Shown one piece after another: positions 17,819 to 26,856 of a stretch of 32,000 nucleotides of DNA (its first letter is position 1; each line of letters begins with the position of its first letter). Source of the stretch: Propionibacteriaceae bacterium (lineage in GTDB: Bacteria; Actinomycetota; Actinomycetes; Propionibacteriales; Propionibacteriaceae); the NCBI GenBank assembly GCA_031256725.1, contig JAIRQE010000013.1, forward strand, positions 30,001-62,000. The letters run 5' to 3'. The translations under genes and the position numbers were made by a program. The notes under the pieces were generated by a model, which saw only the letters and a program-made list of their open reading frames with translations, was not told where the DNA came from and did not search any database.

Positions 17819-18976
17819 CTATGATGGATCTAGGTTTAAGCGGAATCCGGCTAGGTTGCGCTTTTGGGAGGCTAGTACCTCTGCTAGGGCTCGGATGACA
17901 GATGAGGCGGGGGAGTCCGGGGTTGCTAGGACACAGGGGGTGCCTGTATCTCCATTGGCTCGGAACTCGGTCTCTAGGGGGATCTCAGCCAGCAGGGGTA
18001 CCTCATAACTGAGGCGCTCGGTGAGACTCGCTGCGATGGTTGCTCCACCGCCACTGCCGAAAACATCTACTCGATGGGTTTCGCTGCAATGGGGACACTC
18101 GGTCTCTAGATAGCTCATGTTTTCGACGACTCCGATGATCTTTTGATTCATCTGGGCAGCCATTGTTCCAGCTCTTTCAGCAACCTCTGTGGCAGCTGTT
18201 TGAGGAGTGGTGACCACGATGACTTCGGCGTTCGGGAGTTTCTGCCCAAAGCCAATGGCTGTGTCGCCTGTACCTGGGGGGAGGTCGATGAGGAGGAAGT
18301 CTAGGTCTCCCCACAGTACATCAGTGAGGAACTGGCCCACGGCTCGATCAACGACGGGGCCTCTCCATGCGACCACCTGGTCACGACTGGGCTTCATCAT
18401 TCCGATACTCATCACTTTGAGGCCGTGGACCTCCACTGGCATGACGAGATCCATACCTTCGATGGTTGTGGGGCCCTCATCTTCAGGAATACCGAGAAGG
18501 TCGGGTACAGAATGGCCATAGATGTCAGCATCCAGCAGGCCAACCTTGTGGCCTTGATCAGCCAATGCGCACGCCAGGTTGACTGTGAGGGATGACTTTC
18601 CAACCCCACCCTTACCGGAGGCGATGGCGATGACTCTGGTCAAAGAATCCGCTTGAGCGAAAGGAATGCTCTTCAATCCACCCTGCATAGTGGAGCGCAA
18701 AGCCTGGCGTTGCTCATCATTCATTTCGCCCATGATCACCTGGACATCAGTGACCCCCTCAATATTCATCACGACTTCAGTGATCTCTTTGGTGAACCGA
18801 GCCTTGAGTGGGCACCCAGCGGTGGTAAGCAAAAGAGTCACGCTCACGCGGCAGACTTCATCAATGTCGATGGAGTCCACCATGTTGAGTTCAGTAATAG
18901 GACGACCCAATTCGGGGTCCATCACAGTAGCCAGAGCAGTACGAACAGGATCAAGAAGTCGATGGGATTCAGTCAC
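17819..18976 (-). CDS. mrp: Fe-S cluster carrier ATPase Mrp/ApbC with N-terminal DUF59 domain
   Basis: The deviant Walker A SGKGGVGKSS and a CPHC motif are present. The N-terminal MIP18/DUF59-like region is LDPVRTALATVMDPELGRPITELNMV. The start is GTG. Confidence 0.9.
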   Translation of the reverse strand: MTESHRLLDPVRTALATVMDPELGRPITELNMVDSIDIDEVCRVSVTLLLTTAGCPLKARFTKEITEVVMNIEGVTDVQVIMGEMNDEQRQALRSTMQGGLKSIPFAQADSLTRVIAIASGKGGVGKSSLTVNLACALADQGHKVGLLDADIYGHSVPDLLGIPEDEGPTTIEGMDLVMPVEVHGLKVMSIGMMKPSRDQVVAWRGPVVDRAVGQFLTDVLWGDLDFLLIDLPPGTGDTAIGFGQKLPNAEVIVVTTPQTAATEVAERAGTMAAQMNQKIIGVVENMSYLETECPHCSETHRVDVFGSGGGATIAASLTERLSYEVPLLAEIPLETEFRANGDTGTPCVLATPDSPASSVIRALAEVLASQKRNLAGFRLNLDPS

Positions 18977-19000
18977 TGGCCCATCTTATCGTGGTGGGAC

Positions 19001-19540
19001 CTAGTGGTCATTTCGATCAGTACGTTCTTCAAGGTCGAGGAGTAGTTGGGCTTCTCTGCGGTCCAACTCATCAACGAGCCCGCGAAGTTCAGAGCGGATG
19101 AAGTCTCGCGTAGCCATGTCACCCATTCTCATCCTCAGACTAGCGATCTCTCTGGACAGGAACTCCATGTCGGCACGAAACTGGGCCGCAGTTTGACGGT
19201 CTGCATCCAAGGAGATCCTGTCCCTGGCTTCCTGACGGTTTGTGGCCAAAAGGATCAGGGGGGAGGCGTAGGATGCCTGTACCGAGAAGAAAAGGTTCAA
19301 CAAGATGAAAGGGTAGTAATCGGGGGCGTTTTTCGGGCCGATCGCCAGGTTGAGGATCACCCACACGATGATGAACATGGTCATCCCGAAGATGAAGTTT
19401 GCTGTACCCATGCGTCGAGCGAAGCCTTCAGCGAAACGACCGAACCTGTCCGGATCGGAGGTACGTTTAGGAAGGAGACTCTTTCGGCGTGGGCCGGGTG
19501 TGTCGAGACGGATATCGACATGCTTGACTGGTCTTGCCAT
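19001..19540 (-). CDS. DUF1003 family membrane protein
   Basis: Two TM helices (FIFGMTMFIIVWVILNL; YPFILLNLFFSVQASYASPLILL) are followed by a charged coiled-coil-like tail. I place the start at ATG 19540, preceded by GGAGG; the track's 19612 start overlaps the upstream gene. Confidence 0.8.
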   Translation of the reverse strand: MARPVKHVDIRLDTPGPRRKSLLPKRTSDPDRFGRFAEGFARRMGTANFIFGMTMFIIVWVILNLAIGPKNAPDYYPFILLNLFFSVQASYASPLILLATNRQEARDRISLDADRQTAAQFRADMEFLSREIASLRMRMGDMATRDFIRSELRGLVDELDRREAQLLLDLEERTDRNDH

Positions 19541-19572
19541 GGTCACCTCCTTGAACGCCCGGAAGGGCTGGA

Positions 19573-20832
19573 TTACTGTTCTGAGTTTTGATCGAGTTGG
19601 ATTCCGCGCCAATCCTCAGGGAGCATATGGTCGAGTACATCGTCAACGGTTACAGCTCCCAGTAATCGTGACTGCGCATCAACCACTGGAGCAACGACCA
19701 TATCATAGGTTGCAAAATAGCGGCTGACTTCGGCTAATGGTGCATCCACCCTCAATGGTTCGAGTTCGGGATCGATCAAACCTGAGACCATCGATGACGG
19801 GGGTTCCCTCAAGAGTCTTTGCAGGTGTACCCCACCCAAGAACTTACCTGTGGGGGATTCCAAGGGTGGGCGACATACGAAAACCATTCCAGCCAATGCT
19901 GGGGGAATATCCTCGTCGCGAGCCAGGGCAACGGCATCAGCGGCGGTCGCATCGGGTGCCAAGATGATGGGTTCTGGGGTCATCATGCCACCGGCAGTAT
20001 TCTCGCCATAGGCGAGCAGATCACGTACGTCTTGAGCATCCTCGGGGCGCATTCGTGTGAGAAGTACTTCAGCAGTATCCGCAGGAAGGTCAGCGATCAG
20101 GTCAGCCGCATCATCAGGATCCATTTCTTCAAGTACATCCGCAGCCCGCTCAGGATCCAGGATTGAGATGAGTGCTACCTGCTCATCCTCGGGGAGTTCC
20201 TCAATGGCTTCCGCCAAGCGGTGATCATCAAGGGCCTGAGCAACCTCAAGTCGGCGACCCTCCTCCATGTCATGGAGTTCTCGGGCAACATCGGCGGGTT
20301 TCATATCCAGCAACTCGTACATCTGTTCGCGCGAGGAGTCACCAGAGGTGGGGGAGAGTTCAGGGATCTCATGCCATTTCACGACAGTGATCTCTCCCCG
20401 TGATGTGAAACCGAGTCCCTTGGGTTTGGGTCGAAGGGCAACCTGGTTGATCTCCCATTCACCAGTACGGGTAGCAACCATGGAGACGTCATAGATGAGC
20501 GAGGGGACTGTTGCCCCACGGCGAATGACATGGCGACCCACAAAGTCTTCAATAATCAGGGATTCGCCCTCGCGACGATGGAAGCGACGAGCGTTGACTG
20601 TACCTGAGACCACAAGCTGGGTTGCGTCCATGGAGTACACCCTTTCCATGGGTACATAGACCCGACGCCGGGCGAACAACTCCATGATGATCCCCTTGAC
20701 ACGTGGGGGACGGCTGGCACTGCGCACATAAACAACCACGTCACCTAGAATCCCCAAGGAATCCCCACTGGAATCCACAATGGGCAGGTTCTGGATGCGT
20801 GAAATGAAAACACTGGTTCCGATGGGTGCCAC
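19573..20832 (-). CDS. MgtE-N-domain / CBS-pair protein without a transmembrane domain (N-terminal PRC-barrel-like region)
   Basis: The acidic MgtE_N-like helical repeats (EELPEDEQVALISILDPERAADVLEEMDPDDAADLIADLP) are followed by tandem CBS-like segments. The protein ends after the CBS region with no TM segments. The start is GTG. Confidence 0.85.
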   Translation of the reverse strand: MAPIGTSVFISRIQNLPIVDSSGDSLGILGDVVVYVRSASRPPRVKGIIMELFARRRVYVPMERVYSMDATQLVVSGTVNARRFHRREGESLIIEDFVGRHVIRRGATVPSLIYDVSMVATRTGEWEINQVALRPKPKGLGFTSRGEITVVKWHEIPELSPTSGDSSREQMYELLDMKPADVARELHDMEEGRRLEVAQALDDHRLAEAIEELPEDEQVALISILDPERAADVLEEMDPDDAADLIADLPADTAEVLLTRMRPEDAQDVRDLLAYGENTAGGMMTPEPIILAPDATAADAVALARDEDIPPALAGMVFVCRPPLESPTGKFLGGVHLQRLLREPPSSMVSGLIDPELEPLRVDAPLAEVSRYFATYDMVVAPVVDAQSRLLGAVTVDDVLDHMLPEDWRGIQLDQNSEQ

Positions 20833-20861
20833 GGGTCAAGAGTACCCGTTATGGTGGAGTC

Positions 20862-21773
20862 ATGCACACATCGAAACCACGTCGTACAATCCTGGCAGTT
20901 CCAGGATCATCCGAACGTTTTATCACAAAGTCGAGAACACTTGATGTTGACGCGATCTTCCTCGACTTGGAGGACGCTGTTGCACCAGGTGCCAAGGTTG
21001 AAGCACGGTCCCAGATTATTGAGGCACTTCATGATCCACAAGGCTGGAAGACCCCCTGTGTGACTGTACGTGTCAACGACTGGATGAGCAAGTGGACCAC
21101 CCAGGATCTCATTGAGGTCATCGGACAGGCTGGCAACAAGATTGATGCAGTGGTACTTCCCAAGGTCACTGAACCCGATCATGTACGAGCCACGGACATG
21201 ATCCTGACCCAAATCGAAAAAGAAAGAGGATGGGCAGTAGGCCAGATCGGTATCGAAGCCCAAATTGAAGAGGCGAAAGGGTTGCTGGCAGTATCCCAGA
21301 TTGCTGGATCTTCGCCTCGCCTGGTCTCCTTGGTTTTCGGTCCAGGAGACTTCATGGCATCCATGGGTATGGGAGGTCTGTCTGTAGGATCCCAACCCGA
21401 TGGGTACGACGATGACGCCTTCCATCATGTTCTCATGTCGATCCTCGTTGCAGCGCGAGCCCATGGCTTGCAAGCGATTGATGGCCCCTTCGTAGGTATC
21501 CGTGACATCGACGGGTTCGTGGCCTCTGCCAGGAAATCAGCCGCTTTGGGATATGACGGAAAATGGGTTCTCCACCCCGATCAGGTCACCTGGGGAAACA
21601 AGATTTTCACCCCCAATGAGGCGCTGCTTGTTAGGGCTCGCAGGATTCTTGAAGAGTACGAGAAAGCCGTCTCATCACACGGAGGATTCACTGGTGCTAT
21701 CGAAGTCGACCAGGAGATGGTTGATGAAGCAGGGGTGAAAGTGGCTGCCGCCCTTCTCTCGAAAGCACGCTAG
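20862..21773 (+). CDS. HpcH/HpaI aldolase / citrate lyase beta-subunit (CitE)-like CoA-ester lyase
   Basis: RTILAVPGSSERFITKS...DAIFLDLEDAVAP is typical of the CitE family. I place the start at ATG 20862, preceded by GGTGGAG; the track start 20826 overlaps the divergent gene. Confidence 0.85.
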   Translation: MHTSKPRRTILAVPGSSERFITKSRTLDVDAIFLDLEDAVAPGAKVEARSQIIEALHDPQGWKTPCVTVRVNDWMSKWTTQDLIEVIGQAGNKIDAVVLPKVTEPDHVRATDMILTQIEKERGWAVGQIGIEAQIEEAKGLLAVSQIAGSSPRLVSLVFGPGDFMASMGMGGLSVGSQPDGYDDDAFHHVLMSILVAARAHGLQAIDGPFVGIRDIDGFVASARKSAALGYDGKWVLHPDQVTWGNKIFTPNEALLVRARRILEEYEKAVSSHGGFTGAIEVDQEMVDEAGVKVAAALLSKAR

Positions 21774-23221
21774 CGGGATTGTACCTCAGCCATCCACGCC
21801 TCAACCTCATCGGGTTGCCTGGGGAAGGCCCCACTTAGGTTATGGTACCCATCCTCGGTGATGAGGATGTCGTCTTCGATTCGTACCCCGATTCCACGGA
21901 ACTCTTCAGGCACCATAAGATCGGTGGACTTGAAGTAGATTCCTGGTTCAACGGTAATGATCATCCCTGCTTTGAGTTTTCCTTCCCTGTACACCTTCCG
22001 TCGAGCTTGGGCACAATCATGAACATCAATACCGAGGTGATGTGAGGTACCGTGTACCATCCAACGCCGAAATTCCCCACCCTCCTCGGCAAGGGTTTCT
22101 TCAACAGATACAGGTAGGATTCCCCATTCACTGAGATGTTCAGCGATCACTCTGATTGCTGCGTTGTGGACATCAATGAACTTCGCGCCATGTTTGGCAA
22201 CATCCATTCCGGCTTGTTGGGCGGCCAAAACTGCCGAGTAAACCTTGAGCTGAGCTGGGCTGAACCGTCCAGATACAGGAAGGGTACGAGTGACATCAGC
22301 GGTATAAAGAGAGTCCATTTCTACACCAGCATCAAGAAGAAGAAGGTCACCCTCACGAAGGTCGCCATCATTGCGAATCCAGTGGAGGGTACATGCGTGC
22401 TCCCCTGAGGCGGCAATGGTGTCGTACCCAACGGCATTGCCCTGATGGCGGGCATGGAGACCGAAGATCCCTTCGACCCAACGCTCACCTCGACCCCGGC
22501 GTACCGCTTCAGGAATATCAGCGATGACTGCCTCGAAGCCAACCAAGGTGGCGGAACAGGCTTGCTCCATCTCTCGAATCTCGTAGTCGTCTTTGATGAG
22601 ACGCAATTCACTGAGTGCCTCAGTGAGTTCGGAATCAGCCTCCAGATCGGGACCCCTCAAAGCGTCAACCAGGCGATCAAGGCGGAAATCCACACCAGCA
22701 AGGATCCGAATCTTGCCGCCACCCGACACAGGTGTCGCCATTACTGCATCAAGTCTCGATGAGTCGAGAACCTTGAGTCCAGTCAAGTGGGCCATTTCTT
22801 CGAGACTGGGACGTGGACCCACCCACATTTCTCCGTACTGAGCAGAGGAATAGAACTCAGGATCTGTACGCGGAACTCTAGCATGGAAGAACAGGGTTGC
22901 CTCACCGCCATCAATGATCAACACAGCGTCGGGTTCAAAATCTTGGCCCAACCCTGTCAGATGGGTAAAAGCTGAGTGAGGGCGATAGCGGTAGTCACAG
23001 TCATTGGAGCGTACCTTGTACCCCCCTGCAGGAATCACCAACCTGTCACGAGGGAAGAGCTTACGAATCGCGGCTCGTCGAGCAGGAGTGTAGGCAGCAG
23101 CTTCACTAGGAGTTGAATCCTTGACAGGATAAGGAGCCCATTGCTGGGGGATGAACTTTTTGAAAGTCTCGGAGTAGGGGACGAGGCGATTAGGGAGTTT
23201 AGGTGTGGCCCTCTTAGTCAT
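21770..23221 (-). CDS. Xaa-Pro aminopeptidase (M24B, aminopeptidase P family)
   Basis: The M24 metal-ligand regions are present (LLLDAGVEMDSLYTADVTRT, HGTSHHLGIDVHD, VEPGIY, IRIEDD), along with an N-terminal AMP_N-like domain. Confidence 0.9.
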   Translation of the reverse strand: MTKRATPKLPNRLVPYSETFKKFIPQQWAPYPVKDSTPSEAAAYTPARRAAIRKLFPRDRLVIPAGGYKVRSNDCDYRYRPHSAFTHLTGLGQDFEPDAVLIIDGGEATLFFHARVPRTDPEFYSSAQYGEMWVGPRPSLEEMAHLTGLKVLDSSRLDAVMATPVSGGGKIRILAGVDFRLDRLVDALRGPDLEADSELTEALSELRLIKDDYEIREMEQACSATLVGFEAVIADIPEAVRRGRGERWVEGIFGLHARHQGNAVGYDTIAASGEHACTLHWIRNDGDLREGDLLLLDAGVEMDSLYTADVTRTLPVSGRFSPAQLKVYSAVLAAQQAGMDVAKHGAKFIDVHNAAIRVIAEHLSEWGILPVSVEETLAEEGGEFRRWMVHGTSHHLGIDVHDCAQARRKVYREGKLKAGMIITVEPGIYFKSTDLMVPEEFRGIGVRIEDDILITEDGYHNLSGAFPRQPDEVEAWMAEVQSR

Positions 23222-23251
23222 GGCGACAGTCTACCTGCGCGGCGACACATG

Positions 23252-23281
23252 ATGGATGTACTTGATATGGATGTACTTGAT
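23252..23281. repeat. Exact 15-bp tandem duplication in a divergent promoter region
   Basis: ATGGATGTACTTGAT occurs at 23252-23266 and again at 23267-23281, between the aminopeptidase start (23221) and the DUF164 gene start (23328). Confidence 0.9.
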
Positions 23282-23327
23282 CCGGATAACCCCACATCGC
23301 CCACAGCATTCCCGGTAGGATTCCCTT

Positions 23328-24050
23328 ATGAAGTCTGCTCCCAAAGACCAAAAACGACTCTTAGACCTCCAAGGACTCGATACTGCCATTGAGAAGATCA
23401 AGCATTCGGTTGCCAACCTTGAGGTACACCAGATCATCTCGGATCTGATGCAGAAGAGGACCCAAACTGGCGATGATCTCATCGCTGCTCAAACGGAATT
23501 ATCGGATCTGGTGGTTGCTGCTGAAAGAGCCGAGGCAGATGTTGTACCAGTCAGGGAGAGACTGGCTCGCAATCAGGCTAGGGTCGATGCTGGTCAGGTT
23601 GATTCGAAAGCTCTTCAATCAGCCATTGATGAGGTGGCCCACCTCAAGCAACGTATCTCCGATCTTGAGGATTGTGAGTTGGAGGCACTTGAGGCCGTGG
23701 AACAGGCAAGGGTACGTGTGGAGGAGATGACCCACCAGGGCGAACTCATCGAAACTGATCTTCACGCACATGTTGACAAGCGGGATGCTGAGGTTGGCGA
23801 ACTTGCTGCCAAAGCAAAGGCTTTAGCTGCTGAGAGAGTCCAGGTTGCTGGAGAGATCGCTGAGGATCTTGTGGGTCTCTATGAGAAGATTCGTACCCGT
23901 TCCGCCGGTATTGGTGTCGGCTCTCTCCAGGGGCGGCGCTGCTCTGGTTGTGGTCTTGAAGCAACTGTGGCTGACTACAACGCTTATCTAGCGGCACCCG
24001 AGGATCAGGTGATCCGCTGTGCTGAATGTGATCGAATCCTTATTCGCTAG
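23328..24050 (+). CDS. Zinc-ribbon / coiled-coil protein (DUF164, Rv2229c-like)
   Basis: A long coiled-coil is followed by a C4 zinc ribbon, C-S-G-C...(x25)...C-A-E-C (RRCSGCGLE...IRCAECDRIL). Confidence 0.8.
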   Translation: MKSAPKDQKRLLDLQGLDTAIEKIKHSVANLEVHQIISDLMQKRTQTGDDLIAAQTELSDLVVAAERAEADVVPVRERLARNQARVDAGQVDSKALQSAIDEVAHLKQRISDLEDCELEALEAVEQARVRVEEMTHQGELIETDLHAHVDKRDAEVGELAAKAKALAAERVQVAGEIAEDLVGLYEKIRTRSAGIGVGSLQGRRCSGCGLEATVADYNAYLAAPEDQVIRCAECDRILIR

Positions 24051-24121
24051 GTTTGAGGGCTCCACGACTTGGGATTCGACTCAGGTACTTTCTAGAGCAG
24101 ATTTCCTGATTGCCTCACTGA

Positions 24122-24542
24122 TGGCTGCGCGGGGGGATTCTACTCACCGGTAAAGCCATGGCGACTGAGAGTCACAAGCAACGACTCACGGTATTATTCA
24201 CCGATGAACGCCACCTCCCAGTCAAGGCCATGTGGGATGTCTACCCGCGTATCGTCGCTGCCTACCGAGACCCGGATCGTCACCGCGGACGAACCCGATT
24301 GATCACCGCGGACGAACCCGATTGAAACGCCCCATCATGTCCATCTGTTATGGGATACTCCCAGGATACGTGGAAATCAAACGCCTTGGCCGGACCCTGA
24401 AACGACGCATGGGTGACATTCTCGCCTACCATGTCACCCTCACCCCATCACAATTGAGGAGGAACCACCCGTGGTTAGGTATTTTCATAACAGCCTGTAT
24501 AGAAATCTGGTAATGGCCAATCTGCGGTACTTCGGCGTGTGA
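24122..24542 (+). pseudogene. ISL3-family transposase, C-terminal remnant (5'-truncated, frameshifted)
   Basis: Translation gives WLRGGILLTGKAMATESHKQRLTVLFTDERHLPVKAMWDVYPRIVAAYRDPDRHRGR.. then ..LKRPIMSICYGILPGYVEIKRLGRTLKRRMGDILAYH. This follows the conserved ISL3 C-terminal pattern (LLTG..KQ..RL..LF..DE..W.VY..I..AYR.PD...G..L...I..L......EI..LGRTL..R..DILAYF) as I recall it from actinobacterial ISL3 elements. After a further frame change, ..YRNL....LR.. aligns ungapped with the GFRNL....LR motif. A stop precedes the remnant at 24119-24121. Confidence 0.65.
24280..24325 (+). repeat. Exact 23-bp tandem duplication inside the transposase remnant
   Basis: TCACCGCGGACGAACCCGATTGA occurs at 24280-24302 and again at 24303-24325. 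Deleting one copy joins the two transposase-like reading frames into one. Confidence 0.9.
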
Positions 24543-24603
24543 TTGTGTGTGAGGCTCATCAATTCCACTAGCATTCGAACAGGTGTTCTGTCGAGAGGTG
24601 CAT

Positions 24604-25161
24604 ATGCTCGTTCTGGGAGTCGATCCGGGGCTGACTCGTTGTGGGGTTGGCGTCGTTGAGGGGACCCCTGGACGAGCACAACTTATCGAAGCTGGAGTCA
24701 TTCGTACTGCTGCGACCATGGACACTTCTCGCCGGCTGTTGGCTATTGAAGAGGGCCTTGAGGAATGGATCTCCCGGCATCAGGTGGAGGTTATTGCTAT
24801 TGAGCGGGTCTTTGCTCAACATAATCTTATGACGGTTGTGGGGACGGCTCAGGCTGCGGGGATTGCGATGCTTGTTGCTGCTCGCCATGGGCTTGAGGTT
24901 CATCAGCACACCCCCTCTGAGGTGAAGGCTTCGATCACTGGGTCCGGACGAGCAGATAAAGCCCAGGTGGGGCTCATGGTTTCTCGGATACTCCATCTGG
25001 ATTCGCCTCCAAAACCGGCTGATGCTGCTGATGCTGTTGCTTTGGCGATCTGCCATTCTTGGCGAGGTGCTGCGGTGAAGAGACTGGCTCAGGTTGTACC
25101 CTCTACAAAGAGACCCCGGTCGTGGGCTCAGGTTACCTCGGTCAGGAAGGTCATGGCATGA
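24604..25161 (+). CDS. ruvC: Crossover junction endodeoxyribonuclease RuvC
   Basis: The N-terminus [20 protein letters not shown] carries the catalytic Asp. The stop overlaps the ruvA start (ATGA). I place the start at ATG 24604 (GAGAGGTG upstream) rather than the track's 24583. Confidence 0.92.
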   Translation: MLVLGVDPGLTRCGVGVVEGTPGRAQLIEAGVIRTAATMDTSRRLLAIEEGLEEWISRHQVEVIAIERVFAQHNLMTVVGTAQAAGIAMLVAARHGLEVHQHTPSEVKASITGSGRADKAQVGLMVSRILHLDSPPKPADAADAVALAICHSWRGAAVKRLAQVVPSTKRPRSWAQVTSVRKVMA

Positions 25162-25754
25162 TCTCACACCTTAGCGGGGATGTCATCGACATCACTCCCA
25201 CGTCACTCGTTATCAGTGTCTCAGGGGTGGGGTTTCAGGTTCTGTGTACCCCAGATACCTCAGCGCGATTCCAGGTGGGGGACTCTGCTCGTCTCCACAC
25301 ACACTTGGCAGTACGCGAAGACGCCCTGACTCTGTATGGTTTCTCGTCCACGGAGGAAAGGGAGGCTTTCCTTCTGTGCCAATCCGTGAGTGGGATCGGC
25401 GCCAAGTTGGCCTTAGCCATCATCGCTCATATGTCGGCAGGGCAATTGCGACAGGCTGTACTTTCAGAAAATCTTGTGGCTCTGTCCAAGGTTCCAGGCG
25501 TGGGAAAGAAGACCGCGCAGCGACTTGTCCTTGAGTTGAAGGATAAGGTGTTAGGGCTTTCAGATACAGCGGAAGACTTGGTACCCCAGGAAACACAGCG
25601 GATGGATCAGGTGAAGCTTGGTCTTCAAGGTCTAGGGTATTCGCCTAAGGATTCGGACCTTGCGTGGGCAGCCATAGAAGAGTTGGCGAGCGATCCTTCC
25701 ACCTCAATTTCTGCTCTGATGAAGGCCGCCCTTCAATCCTTAGCGAAGGCGTGA
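25158..25754 (+). CDS. ruvA: Holliday junction DNA helicase subunit RuvA
   Basis: [28 protein letters not shown].. is a typical RuvA N-terminus, and HhH motifs are present ([22 protein letters not shown]). The track start 25059 lies inside ruvC. Confidence 0.92.
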   Translation: MISHLSGDVIDITPTSLVISVSGVGFQVLCTPDTSARFQVGDSARLHTHLAVREDALTLYGFSSTEEREAFLLCQSVSGIGAKLALAIIAHMSAGQLRQAVLSENLVALSKVPGVGKKTAQRLVLELKDKVLGLSDTAEDLVPQETQRMDQVKLGLQGLGYSPKDSDLAWAAIEELASDPSTSISALMKAALQSLAKA

Positions 25755-25755
25755 G

Positions 25756-26778
25756 ATGGAGGAGTACTCCCCACTAGACCCGGCACGTACCCCTGATGAG
25801 GTGGCTGTTGAGGCTGCTTTGCGTCCCCAGGAACTCAGTCAGTTTGTTGGTCAACCTCGGGTGGTCGACCAACTCAGTCTTCTCCTGGATGCGTCCAAGG
25901 CGCGAGGATCTGTACCCGATCATGTGATTCTGTGTGGGCCTCCAGGACTCGGGAAAACTACTTTGGCAATGATCATCGCCCACGAGATGGGTGCGCCGTT
26001 GAGGATCTCGTCTGGACCAGCGATCCAGCATGCTGGAGATCTGGCAGCCATATTGTCTGGACTCAGCGAGGGGGAGGTCTTCTTCTTGGATGAGATCCAT
26101 CGAATGTCGCGTCCAGCTGAAGAGATGCTCTACTTGGCTATGGAGGATTTCCGGGTTGATGTTGTGGTAGGTAAGGGACCGGGTGCTACGGCAATCCCCT
26201 TAGAGATTCCACCGTTTACCCTTGTAGGGGCAACAACTCGGGTGGGGTTGCTTCCGGGGCCTCTCAGGGATCGTTTCGGATTCACTGCCCAGCTTGATTA
26301 TTACAGTGAAGAAACCCTGATTCGGATCGTCGAAAGATCTGCCACAGTACTGGATATTCCAATCAAAGAGGGTTCAGCCCAGGTTATTGCTTCACGATCC
26401 AGGGGTACCCCACGCATCGCCAACCGCTTGCTGAGAAGAGTACGCGACTTTGCTCAAGTACGAGGTACAGGGGTCGTCACCCCCGATGCAGCCCATGCAG
26501 CTCTCGAACTGTTCGAAGTGGATCGACTTGGGTTGGATCGCCTTGATCGAGAGGTCCTCAATGCTGTCTGTCGAAAATTCGGTGGTGGGCCTGTGGGACT
26601 GTCAACCCTTGCGATTGCAGTGGGAGAGGAAGCCGAGACCGTTGCAGAGGTTGCTGAACCTTTCCTGGTACGTCTTGGTTTCCTCATGAGGACTCCCCGA
26701 GGAAGAGTTGCCACCTCCGCTGGTTTTGCTCACATTGGGGCTCCAGAACCGGATCAGGGTCTGCTTTTTCTTCCATAG
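25756..26778 (+). CDS. ruvB: Holliday junction DNA helicase RuvB
   Basis: AAA+ Walker [10 protein letters not shown], Walker B FLDEIHR, and sensor/arginine regions [16 protein letters not shown] are present. Confidence 0.95.
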   Translation: MEEYSPLDPARTPDEVAVEAALRPQELSQFVGQPRVVDQLSLLLDASKARGSVPDHVILCGPPGLGKTTLAMIIAHEMGAPLRISSGPAIQHAGDLAAILSGLSEGEVFFLDEIHRMSRPAEEMLYLAMEDFRVDVVVGKGPGATAIPLEIPPFTLVGATTRVGLLPGPLRDRFGFTAQLDYYSEETLIRIVERSATVLDIPIKEGSAQVIASRSRGTPRIANRLLRRVRDFAQVRGTGVVTPDAAHAALELFEVDRLGLDRLDREVLNAVCRKFGGGPVGLSTLAIAVGEEAETVAEVAEPFLVRLGFLMRTPRGRVATSAGFAHIGAPEPDQGLLFLP

Positions 26779-26856
26779 TGGAGGGTCAATTCCACCTCTA
26801 GGCCCCAATCACGCTAGGCTTGGTCAGGTTATCCATCACATCACACGGAGGCTTCT

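Noticed and set aside
23252-24325. Direct repeats as a possible CRISPR array
   Set aside because: Each repeat occurs only twice and the copies are directly abutting with no spacers. The units are unrelated (15 bp and 23 bp) and no cas genes are nearby.
24553-24568. GGCTCATCAATTCCAC, resembling an ISL3 terminal inverted repeat (GGCTCTTC...)
   Set aside because: Its orientation is wrong for the right end of a plus-oriented element, which should read ...GAAGAGCC. It has a mismatch in the core, and there is no partner repeat or target duplication, so it is likely coincidence.
24051-24603. Possible structured RNA gene (e.g. RNase P RNA) in the long gap before ruvC
   Set aside because: The region translates coherently into an ISL3 transposase C-terminal remnant, and I could not find the conserved RNase P helices or motifs.
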